A stretch of 64,000 nucleotides of DNA from Patescibacteria group bacterium (GTDB taxonomy: Bacteria; Patescibacteriota; Patescibacteriia; 2-12-FULL-60-25). Within the stretch, counting starts at the first letter, position 1; each line of letters begins with the position of its first letter. The notes below the pieces were generated by a model. It was not told the origin of the DNA. It saw nothing but the letters and a program-made list of their open reading frames with translations, and searched no databases. The stretch lies in contig JAGOQX010000001.1 of NCBI GenBank assembly GCA_018063105.1, positions 8,551 through 72,550 of the forward strand. The letters run 5' to 3'. Shown here piece by piece: positions 46,142-55,047 of this stretch. The position numbers and the translations under genes were made by a program.

Positions 46142-47266
46142 CTATGGCTGCGTTTGCCCTGTTTCCGGCGTGCTATTCGTTGAAGAAGTATCTTGCATTG
46201 TTGTTGTACTCGTTTCTGATGTAGAGGAGGTCACACCTGGCTCCACCGCATCCTGAACCTGAGGAGTAGACCCATCACTCGTAGATGATGCGGCTGCCGC
46301 AACATCAAGCTGATCCTGCGCTTTTTGCAGCGTAAAGGCCTGCGTCGTCATATCCTTCATTTGGTTTACGAGTTCTGGCAATGTTGAAGAAGCTGTCGCT
46401 ATAGTGGAGGTCACCGAAGGCACTATCTCGATGGTTGAACTGGCGCCCTGGGTGTCGCTCATCAACGCGGAGGATGCTAGCATGTCCGTCACCACTTTTG
46501 TATGGTCTTGAATCGCCTGCTGCACATCGCCTTCTGTAATCGCATCATTTGATTCTTGGTGCTTTTCTACCATCACCTCAATAGCTTTGATACCCATATC
46601 TGCAGCAACAGACTGAACCTCCGTCACTTTTTCAACGGATTCTGGGGAAAGGAGTGATTTGGTTTCTTGTAATGCATTAATCACCTCGTTTGTTTTTTGA
46701 TCAATCATTCTTGCTGCGGCAACGGCATTTTCCGCTGGAACTTCTTTAGTGACATCGGCAAGCTGTTGTTTCATTGTATTCAAATCTCGCTTCAAAATTT
46801 CGGCGACCTGTGCAACCTGCGATCGTCGAGAATCGTCTTTTGCAACCTGTTGAAGCTCGTTCACTCGTCGTTCAGTAAAATGCGTTTTCAATTTGAGTTG
46901 ATCCTGTTTCGTTCCTGCCATCACAAGTTGCGCCTGTTCGCTCACTAATTTTAATCCATAAAACACATCGCCTGGCAGTGCACGCTCGGCCGCTGAAACG
47001 GACAACATTGATCCACCAGCAAGAACCGCTACAAGCGAAATCACAGCCATCACCGGTCTGCGAACTAATTCACCAATGCGACTTGCTGAAATAAATCGAA
47101 CATACGCATGCGCACGTTCAGATATTGTTGCTTTCCCAAGAGGCAATGTATTACCGATCTGCATCACCAACGTTTCTCGGGTTGCACGAACCCACGCCGC
47201 ATCAGGCTTGATGTGGCGTTCAGTCATCTGTATAGACCGAAGTCGTTGTTGAAAATCTTTGCTCAT
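46142..47266 (-). CDS. Bitopic anti-sigma-factor-like protein (DUF5667-type)
   Basis: 374-aa ORF with a 4-nt overlap with the upstream sigma gene. One TM helix (VMAVISLVAVLAGGSML), then AERALPGDVFYGLKLVSEQAQL typical of DUF5667, coiled-coil segments and an S/T-rich tail. Confidence 0.6.
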   Translation of the reverse strand: MSKDFQQRLRSIQMTERHIKPDAAWVRATRETLVMQIGNTLPLGKATISERAHAYVRFISASRIGELVRRPVMAVISLVAVLAGGSMLSVSAAERALPGDVFYGLKLVSEQAQLVMAGTKQDQLKLKTHFTERRVNELQQVAKDDSRRSQVAQVAEILKRDLNTMKQQLADVTKEVPAENAVAAARMIDQKTNEVINALQETKSLLSPESVEKVTEVQSVAADMGIKAIEVMVEKHQESNDAITEGDVQQAIQDHTKVVTDMLASSALMSDTQGASSTIEIVPSVTSTIATASSTLPELVNQMKDMTTQAFTLQKAQDQLDVAAAASSTSDGSTPQVQDAVEPGVTSSTSETSTTTMQDTSSTNSTPETGQTQP

Positions 47267-47841
47267 GATTCTTTCGTGTCTTGCGTATCCGTTTCCTGCA
47301 GAGCTTTGAGCGCCCTGTGGAACATCACTCGCACATGTCCGGGTTTCTTTTCAATGATCTCACCGATAACGGAGAACGGGAGGTCATCGATTAACCGGAG
47401 CGTCACCACATCTCGATAGTCTTCTTTTAACCGATCGAGCCGCTGAAGGATCAGGCTGAGATCAGCTCGCGCCTCGATCAGCGCCTGACCGCCCCCTTTA
47501 TCGCTTTCATGCTCAATAACAGTAGACGTTGAATCAGGGTGAAACGTTACAGACTCCACAATCACGTCCCCGGTCTTGCGATAATGGTCCGCGATCAGAT
47601 TTTTCACGATTCTGTATAAAAGGGCCCGAATATGGGTTACTTCATGCTGTTGACTCACGTATTGCCAGGCCCGCGTAAAGGTTTCAGCCGTCACATCCTG
47701 CGCGTCCTCCTTACTAGGTAATTTTAAAAATGCATATCGATAAATAGCCTCCACATAGCGGTCATAAATCCGCGCGAAGGCTTCAGGGTCCCGTTTCGTT
47801 CTGACTCGAAACAGGAGGTAGCTGTCAAATACATTAGTCAT
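47263..47841 (-). CDS. ECF-type sigma-70 family RNA polymerase sigma factor
   Basis: 192-aa ORF. Region 2 FARIYDRYVEAIYRYAFLKLPSKEDAQDVTAETFTRAW. Region 4 YRDVVTLRLIDDLPFSVIGEIIEKKPGHVRVMFHRALKAL. Confidence 0.85.
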   Translation of the reverse strand: MTNVFDSYLLFRVRTKRDPEAFARIYDRYVEAIYRYAFLKLPSKEDAQDVTAETFTRAWQYVSQQHEVTHIRALLYRIVKNLIADHYRKTGDVIVESVTFHPDSTSTVIEHESDKGGGQALIEARADLSLILQRLDRLKEDYRDVVTLRLIDDLPFSVIGEIIEKKPGHVRVMFHRALKALQETDTQDTKES

Positions 47842-47893
47842 GGGGCGTTAACGCACAGGCCTCACCTTCCTAGCATTAACTCAAAGTGTATCG

Positions 47894-47922
47894 AATGTAC
47901 CCGAAAAACATCTTTTTAGCAA
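47894..47922 (-). promoter_or_regulatory. Candidate sigma-70-like promoter for the sigma/anti-sigma operon
   Basis: The minus strand reads TTGCTA-17 nt-TACATT about 50 nt upstream of the ATG at 47841. Pattern match only. Confidence 0.3.
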
Positions 47923-48046
47923 GCGTTTCAGGCCAAAAATAGCTTATATTAGCCTAAAATCATAACTTTATCGATCCAGAATACCATTATAGTGCCCAGA
48001 AGCCAAGACATGTTGGATGAATTCTGCTATCCTATAGATACGTCCT

Positions 48047-48733
48047 ATGAAATATCAATATTCAACCACCGTAACGCTTGCCGTCTGCAGTATTCTTCTG
48101 CTTTCCTCCCCGGTATTTGCTGCCACAAGCGCTGCCCCCGCATCAAAGTGCGTCACAACAAAAACACAAGGCATGCATGCGAGCGCAACGGCTCAAATGG
48201 AAAAAGATATTGCTGCATACGCAAAAACGGCATCCGCCGAATCAGCCATTCAAACATATCGACAAAACATGGTTACCGCATGGGATGCGATGACCGAACC
48301 GTATTGTGGATTCGGATCATACGGAGCAGCTTCAGCCGTTAAGTCATATTCAAAGAGTGTTATTCGTGCACGAACTGCATTTTTAAACGCGGTCAAAGGT
48401 AAGCCTGCCGTTGCCGTGGTCGCTGCATCAAACACCCCAAAAACAGTTCCAGCGCCCGTAGAAACCAAAATACCAAAAGCAACAACATCATCAGCCTCAA
48501 CACTTCGAGGCCTTCATCGCGGAATGGAGTCTGATGCTGTGTTGACACTCCAAAAACTTCTTCAAACGTATTCTGGATCCAAAGACAACTCATTGCTCAC
48601 CGGGTATTTTGGACCAAAAACTGAAAAGGCAGTCATCGCATTTCAAATTGCATCAAAACTCATTTCTGATGCTGATGCACCTGGCGCAGGAACGATTGGA
48701 CCACGCACAGCTGCAGCACTCGAAAAACTCTAA
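48047..48733 (+). CDS. Secreted protein with C-terminal peptidoglycan-binding domain (PG_binding_1)
   Basis: 228-aa ORF. Signal peptide ...LLLSSPVFAATS. C-terminal GMESDAVLTLQKLLQ...LTGYFGPKTEKAVIAFQ...GTIGPRTAAAL. Confidence 0.7.
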   Translation: MKYQYSTTVTLAVCSILLLSSPVFAATSAAPASKCVTTKTQGMHASATAQMEKDIAAYAKTASAESAIQTYRQNMVTAWDAMTEPYCGFGSYGAASAVKSYSKSVIRARTAFLNAVKGKPAVAVVAASNTPKTVPAPVETKIPKATTSSASTLRGLHRGMESDAVLTLQKLLQTYSGSKDNSLLTGYFGPKTEKAVIAFQIASKLISDADAPGAGTIGPRTAAALEKL

Positions 48734-48735
48734 TC

Positions 48736-49413
48736 TTATTTTCCAACAGCAAGCACAGCGCCATACACTCGCTTAGTGCCAACTTTTTTTAATACTCGAG
48801 CAACTTCTTGCATCGTTGAGCCCGTTGTATACACATCATCAACCAGAAGAACTGCTTCCGGCACTTTTGCGTTTGGCAAGATATAAAATAGTTCTTGGAC
48901 GTTCGCTTTTCGCAAAAGCCCGGTCTCAAGACGCGCTTGAGGTAAGCGATCTTCATCTGCACGCTGCACGCATCGCCCCATTGCTGCCCAAGGCAAGACC
49001 GCTGCTTGAAAACAGCGCGCGATAATTTCAGTTTGATCAAATCCACGCGAACGCACATGACTCGGCGCTCCAGGAATTGACTGAATCAATAGCTGCTCCT
49101 CCCCTGCCCACGGCCACGGACCCAAATGAAATTCCTTCCAGTCCATGAGATATTGTTTGAACAACGGCTCAATACACGTTGCGCCGCGATACTTTAATCC
49201 AGTGATAGCACTCCGAAGCTTTTGATCATGGTACCAACCCGTAGCAACTAAACCATCCAAAACCCCAATATTCGAGTGAACGTTCGTTGACGCGAATTGT
49301 ATTCCACTCCGACAGGATTCACACCACCAAGATCCGTGCGCTTGACAGGCCACGCAATGAGGCGGAAAAAAGACGTCATAGACGCCATTTTTCACTGATT
49401 CAACCCAACGCAT
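48736..49413 (-). CDS. comFC: ComF-family protein (ComFC; phosphoribosyltransferase-type competence protein)
   Basis: Start set at the ATG at 49413, 1 nt after the upstream stop. 225 aa. N-terminal zinc finger PPHCVACQ...WWCESC. C-terminal PRT motif VLLVDDVYTTGSTM. Confidence 0.8.
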   Translation of the reverse strand: MRWVESVKNGVYDVFFPPHCVACQAHGSWWCESCRSGIQFASTNVHSNIGVLDGLVATGWYHDQKLRSAITGLKYRGATCIEPLFKQYLMDWKEFHLGPWPWAGEEQLLIQSIPGAPSHVRSRGFDQTEIIARCFQAAVLPWAAMGRCVQRADEDRLPQARLETGLLRKANVQELFYILPNAKVPEAVLLVDDVYTTGSTMQEVARVLKKVGTKRVYGAVLAVGK

Positions 49414-49414
49414 A

Positions 49415-50023
49415 CTACAATGCAATGTCCGTCCACTCGAGATGATCAATCAAATACCCACCAGAAGGCTGACGCATAAACGTCACCTTCACCTGTTTAC
49501 CCTGAATCCGTGATGGCGCATTAGACGCGCCTACATTTTCATATTGAATCGCATCAACTGATACGAGAATTGACGCATCGCCGATCACGCCATTTTCAGC
49601 ATGCGAGGAAACGACTCGTGTTGAAATACCAAACAACGGACCTGACGCAGGATGCGCTTGCTGCATCGTCTGTTGAGCAGCACGAATTTCTATCGCCCCC
49701 GATTGCGTCATATCACTCATCGCATCTTCAGTTCCCAAAAAACCATTTTCACTTGAACCGGAGCCAATACGCTCAACCGTTGCCTTCGCTCGATCCTCAA
49801 GGACACGCAATTGCAAAGTTGCGGTTGGAATAGCCACTGGCGTAGACGTGCTTGTCGGAACAACGACTTTTGGACCTGCGACATACGGAATATCAGATGT
49901 TGGCGCAGGAGGCGCGAGCGCTTTTCGCTGAGCAAGATACGGCGAAAGCAAGAGATACAAGCCAAGTAGCAAGAGGAGTAATCCTACGATGATAACGATG
50001 GCGAGTTTTGTACGTTTTTGCAT
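49415..50023 (-). CDS. Bitopic membrane-anchored hypothetical protein (T4SS-operon member)
   Basis: 202-aa ORF. N-terminal TM KLAIVIIVGLLLLLLGLYLLL, a Pro-rich linker and a roughly 130-aa C-terminal domain. Tightly packed between VirB4 and comFC. Confidence 0.55.
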   Translation of the reverse strand: MQKRTKLAIVIIVGLLLLLLGLYLLLSPYLAQRKALAPPAPTSDIPYVAGPKVVVPTSTSTPVAIPTATLQLRVLEDRAKATVERIGSGSSENGFLGTEDAMSDMTQSGAIEIRAAQQTMQQAHPASGPLFGISTRVVSSHAENGVIGDASILVSVDAIQYENVGASNAPSRIQGKQVKVTFMRQPSGGYLIDHLEWTDIAL

Positions 50024-50031
50024 AGCAACAA

Positions 50032-51936
50032 TTAAGCCGTTTTCGGCGCTTCAAGTGATTCTTGGAATTCTTTCTTTGCCGCTTCAATCTTCAATAACTG
50101 ATTCGGATCTGTTGTGACAATCTGATCTTCTGTATATGACGCAACGATCTGAATAGCCGCATGCTTCTGTCCGGCAAAGAAAATTCCTTCACCGCGACCT
50201 GATTCAAGCAAGAGATACTTTTCAGACTGCGTCAACATGAACACGCGAGCAACGAGATCGATGGACGCAGGTGATTGTTTCAACAGCAACTGCATTGCCG
50301 AGTTCGTCACAATGGCCTGACCATACGGTGAGGTCAAAAAGTCATTCACGTCTTGTGTGATCGTGGTGATGCCAAGGTAATACTTACGACAACGCTTCAC
50401 GAGAGCAAAGATGAATTTCGCGGAGTCTTCGTGTTGCATCAACCACCACGCCTCATCAATACACAAAATACGTTTTTTGCGTTCAGATCGAACAACGTTC
50501 CAGATATAGTTGACGATCGTATAGATTGCCATTGGTCGCAACTCATCTTCCAAATCACGGACAGAGAAAATGACGAGTTGATTATTCATACGCACCGTTG
50601 TTGGCGAGTTGAGCAACCCGGAGAATGTTCCTTCTGTATATTTTTTCAAACGCAACACCAGATCCCCCGTCCCCTCCATACCTTCCAAAATATCCTGAAA
50701 ATCCTGCATGATCGGAGGCGTGACCGTAGTCAAATCTGCACCCGGCACAATATCTTTTTTCGCGTACGTTTCCAAAAGTGCACGATCCAAAATAGAATCT
50801 TCAGACACGGTGAGTTTTCCCAACATCAACTTCAACAACCCCTTCACCGTAATAACAGCGCTTCGAATCACGTCCTCCACAGATACAGATTCACCCGTTG
50901 GGCGAGGAAGATCAAACGGATTAATCTTTGCCGTTGATGACAGCGAGATATTCACATACGTTCCACCCACCGCATCAGACAGATGCTTGTATTCCATTTC
51001 AGGATCAATCACGATGACATCCGTCCCCAACATCATGGAACGTAAAATTTCGAGCTTAATGGAATAGGATTTTCCAGCACCAGACGTTGCGAAGATAACC
51101 GCATTCGCGTTCGGCAACGAGAATCGATCAAAAATAATCAACGAATTATTATGACGATTAATCCCGTACAAGATGCCGTTATCAGACGTGAGCTCAGCCG
51201 AAGTAAATGGAAACGAAGAAGCAAGCGGCGAGGTGCTCATGTTAAACGTGATCATGAGCTCATCATTTCCAACGGGCATTGTTGAATTGAACCCTTGTTC
51301 TGCTTGGAAATAGGCGCGCTTCGTATAAATCAACATCGAACCGAACGTTGATTCAACGGTACGCGATAATCGTTCAAGCTCCTCAACAGACGTTGAATAA
51401 AAACTGCAATAAAAGGCAAATTGAAAAAAGTGCTCAATTCCCTGCGTCAGATCATCACGCAACTGTTCGATGTCTCGAAGCGCCGTTTCTGCAATTGGAT
51501 CACGAGGTTTTCCGGCTTCTGCATCTGATGTAATTTGCGATTCAACAATACCAACCTTCTTTTTCAACTGTTTCAAAATAACATCTGCTTTGATTGGATA
51601 GAAAAACATCGCCGTATCCATCTGCGCGTTCAAATTGATGATCGGCGAAGCCCAACCAACGGACACGTATCGAGGATAGGTAATGATGAACAATGTGCGA
51701 ACCCACACATCACCAAGCCGCACAAAGCTCGGTTCGATTTTCATGGAACTCGGCGCAATCAAGTCGCGAATACTCGCAATACCACGACGATAAATTCGCT
51801 CCTCCTCAAGCAAGACCTTTTCCTTTTCCTGCTCCTGTTTCATCTGCTCTTTCGATGGACCACGGCGCAGCCCAACGCCTCCGGCCGTGATGACAGAAGG
51901 GTCTAATTTTTTTTCTTCTTGAGGAGTGAATGCCAT
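50032..51936 (-). CDS. VirB4/TrbE/PrgJ-family T4SS ATPase (C-terminal major part)
   Basis: 634-aa ORF. IAPSSMKIEPSFVRLGDVWVRTLFIITYPRYVSVGW, Walker A FATSGAGKSY and Walker B RILCIDEAWWLM. Confidence 0.85.
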   Translation of the reverse strand: MAFTPQEEKKLDPSVITAGGVGLRRGPSKEQMKQEQEKEKVLLEEERIYRRGIASIRDLIAPSSMKIEPSFVRLGDVWVRTLFIITYPRYVSVGWASPIINLNAQMDTAMFFYPIKADVILKQLKKKVGIVESQITSDAEAGKPRDPIAETALRDIEQLRDDLTQGIEHFFQFAFYCSFYSTSVEELERLSRTVESTFGSMLIYTKRAYFQAEQGFNSTMPVGNDELMITFNMSTSPLASSFPFTSAELTSDNGILYGINRHNNSLIIFDRFSLPNANAVIFATSGAGKSYSIKLEILRSMMLGTDVIVIDPEMEYKHLSDAVGGTYVNISLSSTAKINPFDLPRPTGESVSVEDVIRSAVITVKGLLKLMLGKLTVSEDSILDRALLETYAKKDIVPGADLTTVTPPIMQDFQDILEGMEGTGDLVLRLKKYTEGTFSGLLNSPTTVRMNNQLVIFSVRDLEDELRPMAIYTIVNYIWNVVRSERKKRILCIDEAWWLMQHEDSAKFIFALVKRCRKYYLGITTITQDVNDFLTSPYGQAIVTNSAMQLLLKQSPASIDLVARVFMLTQSEKYLLLESGRGEGIFFAGQKHAAIQIVASYTEDQIVTTDPNQLLKIEAAKKEFQESLEAPKTA

Positions 51937-51956
51937 AAAATAAAAGTATCGATTGG

Positions 51957-52637
51957 TTATCCCTCTACTTGCAACTTCTCAATCGGAACCATGCGCTGCG
52001 TTTCAAATAATTCCGGATTATACACCGTGTAAAACAACTCGATCAGACCCTGTGTATCAAGCATTACCGCGTTCAATGACATGGACTGTAGCCCACCCAT
52101 AATCGCGTTCACCCGCAACATCAAGGACTCTTTATTCTTTGCAAAACGCTCTTCAGAAAGATGAATCGCAACAGATGGTGTTAATATTTCCGAGAGACGA
52201 GCAAAAAATCCTTTTTGTTTATCCGTTGTTGGATCAAGTGGGATCACCACAAAAAACTTTTTCTGCATGATTTCACCCAGATCAACCAGCTGTTTCACGT
52301 AATCACGGTAGTCTGCAATCTGACGACGTAAGAGATCATTGGTTTGATTTCGCTCCTGCTCATTCAACTTCCGAATATATTCATCGATGTTCATCCGACG
52401 AGACTGAATCACGACCTGAATGGGAAAATCCAAGGAATTCAAGAACTGCATGTATGCCTGAACAATAGCGTTCTGTTCATCCATTGATTTCAGCGCAAAA
52501 TTAATACTCGAGACCAATAGGACCGCGCGCGTTGTTCCATCTTTCATCACGATCACGTTCTCCTTGATCTCTGCAATATCAAGGTACCTCTGAGAGGGAA
52601 CGCCTGGTTTACTGCCTGCGAGTTTTTTGCTTTGCAT
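51957..52637 (-). CDS. VirB4 N-terminal-domain-like protein (split VirB4, N part)
   Basis: 226-aa ORF. YLDIAEIKENVIVMKDGTTRAVLLVSSINFALKSMDEQNAIVQAYMQFLNSLDFPIQVVIQS matches the extreme N-terminal pattern of Gram-positive VirB4s (Tn916 Orf16/PrgJ type). 20-nt gap to the ATPase ORF. Confidence 0.6.
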   Translation of the reverse strand: MQSKKLAGSKPGVPSQRYLDIAEIKENVIVMKDGTTRAVLLVSSINFALKSMDEQNAIVQAYMQFLNSLDFPIQVVIQSRRMNIDEYIRKLNEQERNQTNDLLRRQIADYRDYVKQLVDLGEIMQKKFFVVIPLDPTTDKQKGFFARLSEILTPSVAIHLSEERFAKNKESLMLRVNAIMGGLQSMSLNAVMLDTQGLIELFYTVYNPELFETQRMVPIEKLQVEG

Positions 52638-52639
52638 AC

Positions 52640-53080
52640 TTAAAAAGAGTCATCCTCTGGTTTATAAACACCACCTGTGTTAACGATCAATGACAGATCT
52701 CGTAACCGACTACTTTCTGGTCGTGGCTTCAGTATCGCTACTTGGGTTGGAGGTAAGACACCAATCTTTGTCCAAGCTCGTAATTCCGCATCTGTCGGCC
52801 GCTTATCCCACGTTCGCAATGCAGGACGAATCGTTGTTTGCAAAAAGTTCACGAAAAAAATATGAAATGGCTGACCGTTGATTTTCAAGAAGCTAAAAAC
52901 ACCTGCAAGCGGCGCAACGATCACGATGAACAGGATAAAATACGGCGTTGCCAAAATACGAGATGCGATAAAAATCGAAAACACCGCAATCAGACAGATC
53001 AAAAATTGGCGAACCGTAATCGGACCGAGGATTTGGTCTTCGTTATCAATGAACTGCGGGACGATGAATTTCTCTGGCAT
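52640..53080 (-). CDS. PrgI/Orf17-like small two-TM T4SS protein
   Basis: Start trimmed to MPEKFIVPQF (ATG at 53080), because the longer ORF extends into the repeat element. VPQFIDNEDQILGPITVRQFL followed by two TM helices is the PrgI-family pattern. Confidence 0.65.
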   Translation of the reverse strand: MPEKFIVPQFIDNEDQILGPITVRQFLICLIAVFSIFIASRILATPYFILFIVIVAPLAGVFSFLKINGQPFHIFFVNFLQTTIRPALRTWDKRPTDAELRAWTKIGVLPPTQVAILKPRPESSRLRDLSLIVNTGGVYKPEDDSF

Positions 53081-53098
53081 GTGGAAAAAGATTTTTTT

Positions 53099-53214
53099 GC
53101 TCGTCATTCCGACCAAGGAGTCAGACGACACGCGGAGGAATCGCTTAGATGCACGGTCGACCGGACGACTAAGGGATCCCTCGGCTTCGTCAGACTTCGC
53201 TCGGGATGACGAAG
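53099..53214. repeat. Roughly 110-nt imperfect-palindrome (MITE/REP-like) element, copy 2, inverted relative to copy 1
   Basis: The reverse complement reads ttcgtcatcccgagcgaagtctgacgaagccgagggatcccttagt ... ctaagcgattcctccgcgtgtcgtctgactccttggtcggaatgacgag. Both arms of about 45 nt are nearly identical to 4354-4463, and only the central 16-20 nt differ. Confidence 0.8.
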
Positions 53215-53246
53215 AGAGGATACTGACCAGGACATGGCGTTTCTCA

Positions 53247-55037
53247 TCAGAAGTGTAGCTTACTATTCAGTGAAATGATAGCAGCGATTTCCGTTGGCGT
53301 CGGACACTCCTCCCCTGCCGCCCGCTTCTCATCCGCAAGTTGTGCGACCGGTTTTGCTTTTTGAAACGCTTCAGACATCAAATGAATATACGCCTGCTGC
53401 AATGGACAGGATTGCCAAGCACGAATCCCCTCAATACGTCGCTCCAGTGATTCCTGATTCAGGATATCAATCCGCTGCATGATTTTCTGTATGGCTGCCT
53501 CCGGATCTTTCGATAGCCGTCGAAATTCGATGATAGACATTTCCTTTAACTCCTGAATTGGACCGGTCAACCGAGGCCCTCCATACTTCACATCATCAAG
53601 ACGTGGTTTTGATTGCGCGGCCACGGTTTGCAAGTCAGCCGTTGCTTTCGAAACCTTCACCTCTTGGCTCGCAACAGCAGGAGCAACCTTGGCCTGAGTG
53701 AAGGGGCTGACCGGTGACGGAATCACCTGAGCAGCACCAACCGGAACCGCCGCGCCAGAAGCTACGGCAGGAACCATTTTCCCAAATCTCTGTTCTTCTG
53801 TTGCTCGCTCTTTCATATCCATCGGATGGACCGCTGCAAACGCCTGCTTCATTCGATCTGCAACCTGCTTATTTTCATCTTCAATCTGTTTTCTAGAAGC
53901 GATCTTTTCTTGATACCATTTCGCATGCTCCTCAGCCTCACGCTTCTTCCGCTCCGTCACTTTTACTGACTGCTCCTGCATCTGCTGTTCCAATTTCGCT
54001 TTTTCATCCTGCATGATGGATGAATGAAACGCCGCATATTGCGCCTCAATCTGTTTCACCGTTGCATCCGCCGTTGCCTGATCATAGCCCATCCCGCCAA
54101 CCTTCGTGTCCCGCATGAGAAGCTGCGTCAGCTCAATCGTGTTACGGACATCACGCAAACGAGAAGAGATGATATAACGAAGACGTTTCGCAGAATATTC
54201 GTCCGCTGGTTTTGTAGACAACGAAGCAAACGTTGTTTCAACCGCCTGGTCCAAAACACTCTGCGGACTATTTATCGGTTTCTGCATCTGCGCCGAAATC
54301 GCCGCAATCTCAGACTCATCTTCTGTAAGTGGTTTTGCAGCAACATCCTCCGGCGCAACCTTTGGCTTGCGACTTGCAGAAAGCCAATCAGAATATTCGT
54401 CTTCGGAAAGGATCTGAACCGTACTCACCAACCGACCCATCTCCATCATAGTTCGCTTAGCAAGATCTGCTTCAATCCCCAAGCCACCAAGATCCACCTG
54501 ACGCTGCAATACCTCAAGTATCTGTTCATCCGTACGGATTCCTTTAATCTTACTCACAAGCAATTCTCGTAACCGATCACGCTGCTGCTGACTCATCAAC
54601 GTCATTCCAACACGATTACTAATTTCAGAAACAACACCGGAGTAAGAAAGCGGCTTAAGTAGAATGTGAGTTTCCGGCCAACCTGTCGTTGAAATCTTGT
54701 ATCGATCCAGGACACTCGTCAGTTCATCACCGTATAATTCACGTAAAGGCCACACGGCAGCCTGCAATATGCCGGCGAGAAAACCAGACCAGCCTTCTTC
54801 GTGCATCGAAACTGGAACAAGATCAAATTTAAGTTTTTCAACAGCTTCAAGCAGAGAGAGGTCATTAAAGGCAGTCGCGATAAGCATCTTTGACAGCTTA
54901 TCAATTTGATCATCATTTAATGAAGCATGCTGTGCGACAATAGCTAAATTACTATCAAAGTCCGAGGAAAGCAAAAAGGCTCGCACCCCCACCGGAAGAT
55001 CTGCAAACATCCTATATGTAGTGCGCGTAGCAGGCAT
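53247..55037 (-). CDS. Hypothetical soluble coiled-coil protein (T4SS-operon member, no recognised domain)
   Basis: ATG at 55037; the track ORF begins at a TTG at 55067. About 596 aa. Central Lys/Glu-rich coiled coil (EKAKLEQQMQEQSVKVTERKKREAEEHAKWYQEKI). No TM helix and no motif I recognise. Confidence 0.55.
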   Translation of the reverse strand: MPATRTTYRMFADLPVGVRAFLLSSDFDSNLAIVAQHASLNDDQIDKLSKMLIATAFNDLSLLEAVEKLKFDLVPVSMHEEGWSGFLAGILQAAVWPLRELYGDELTSVLDRYKISTTGWPETHILLKPLSYSGVVSEISNRVGMTLMSQQQRDRLRELLVSKIKGIRTDEQILEVLQRQVDLGGLGIEADLAKRTMMEMGRLVSTVQILSEDEYSDWLSASRKPKVAPEDVAAKPLTEDESEIAAISAQMQKPINSPQSVLDQAVETTFASLSTKPADEYSAKRLRYIISSRLRDVRNTIELTQLLMRDTKVGGMGYDQATADATVKQIEAQYAAFHSSIMQDEKAKLEQQMQEQSVKVTERKKREAEEHAKWYQEKIASRKQIEDENKQVADRMKQAFAAVHPMDMKERATEEQRFGKMVPAVASGAAVPVGAAQVIPSPVSPFTQAKVAPAVASQEVKVSKATADLQTVAAQSKPRLDDVKYGGPRLTGPIQELKEMSIIEFRRLSKDPEAAIQKIMQRIDILNQESLERRIEGIRAWQSCPLQQAYIHLMSEAFQKAKPVAQLADEKRAAGEECPTPTEIAAIISLNSKLHF

Positions 55038-55047
55038 AACAACGAAA

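Noticed and set aside
50353-50937. Long antisense or alternative-frame ORFs inside well-supported genes, for example 50353-50937, 54024-54572, 6325-6825, 24084-24434, 25013-25474, 36742-37107, 31122-31514 and 34224-34694
   Set aside because: These are shadow ORFs. Their composition is Arg/Ser/Pro/His-rich and low-complexity, they have no motifs, and each fully overlaps a gene with strong family signatures on the other strand or frame.
53081-53131. Longer PrgI-like ORF starting at 53131 (MSSDSLVGMTSKK...)
   Set aside because: The extra codons are read from inside the palindromic repeat element. The same repeat gives ...DSLVGMTRL... in another frame at copy 1. The ATG at 53080 gives the canonical PrgI N-terminus.
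4354-53214. The two inverted copies of the 110-nt element as boundaries of a 48.8-kb composite transposon, invertible segment or genomic island
   Set aside because: No transposase, recombinase or integrase lies anywhere between or beside them. The copies sit in ordinary intergenic gaps of unrelated operons. The segment mixes glycan, sigma-factor and T4SS-like genes without an obvious island logic. Independent insertions of a small repeat are more likely.
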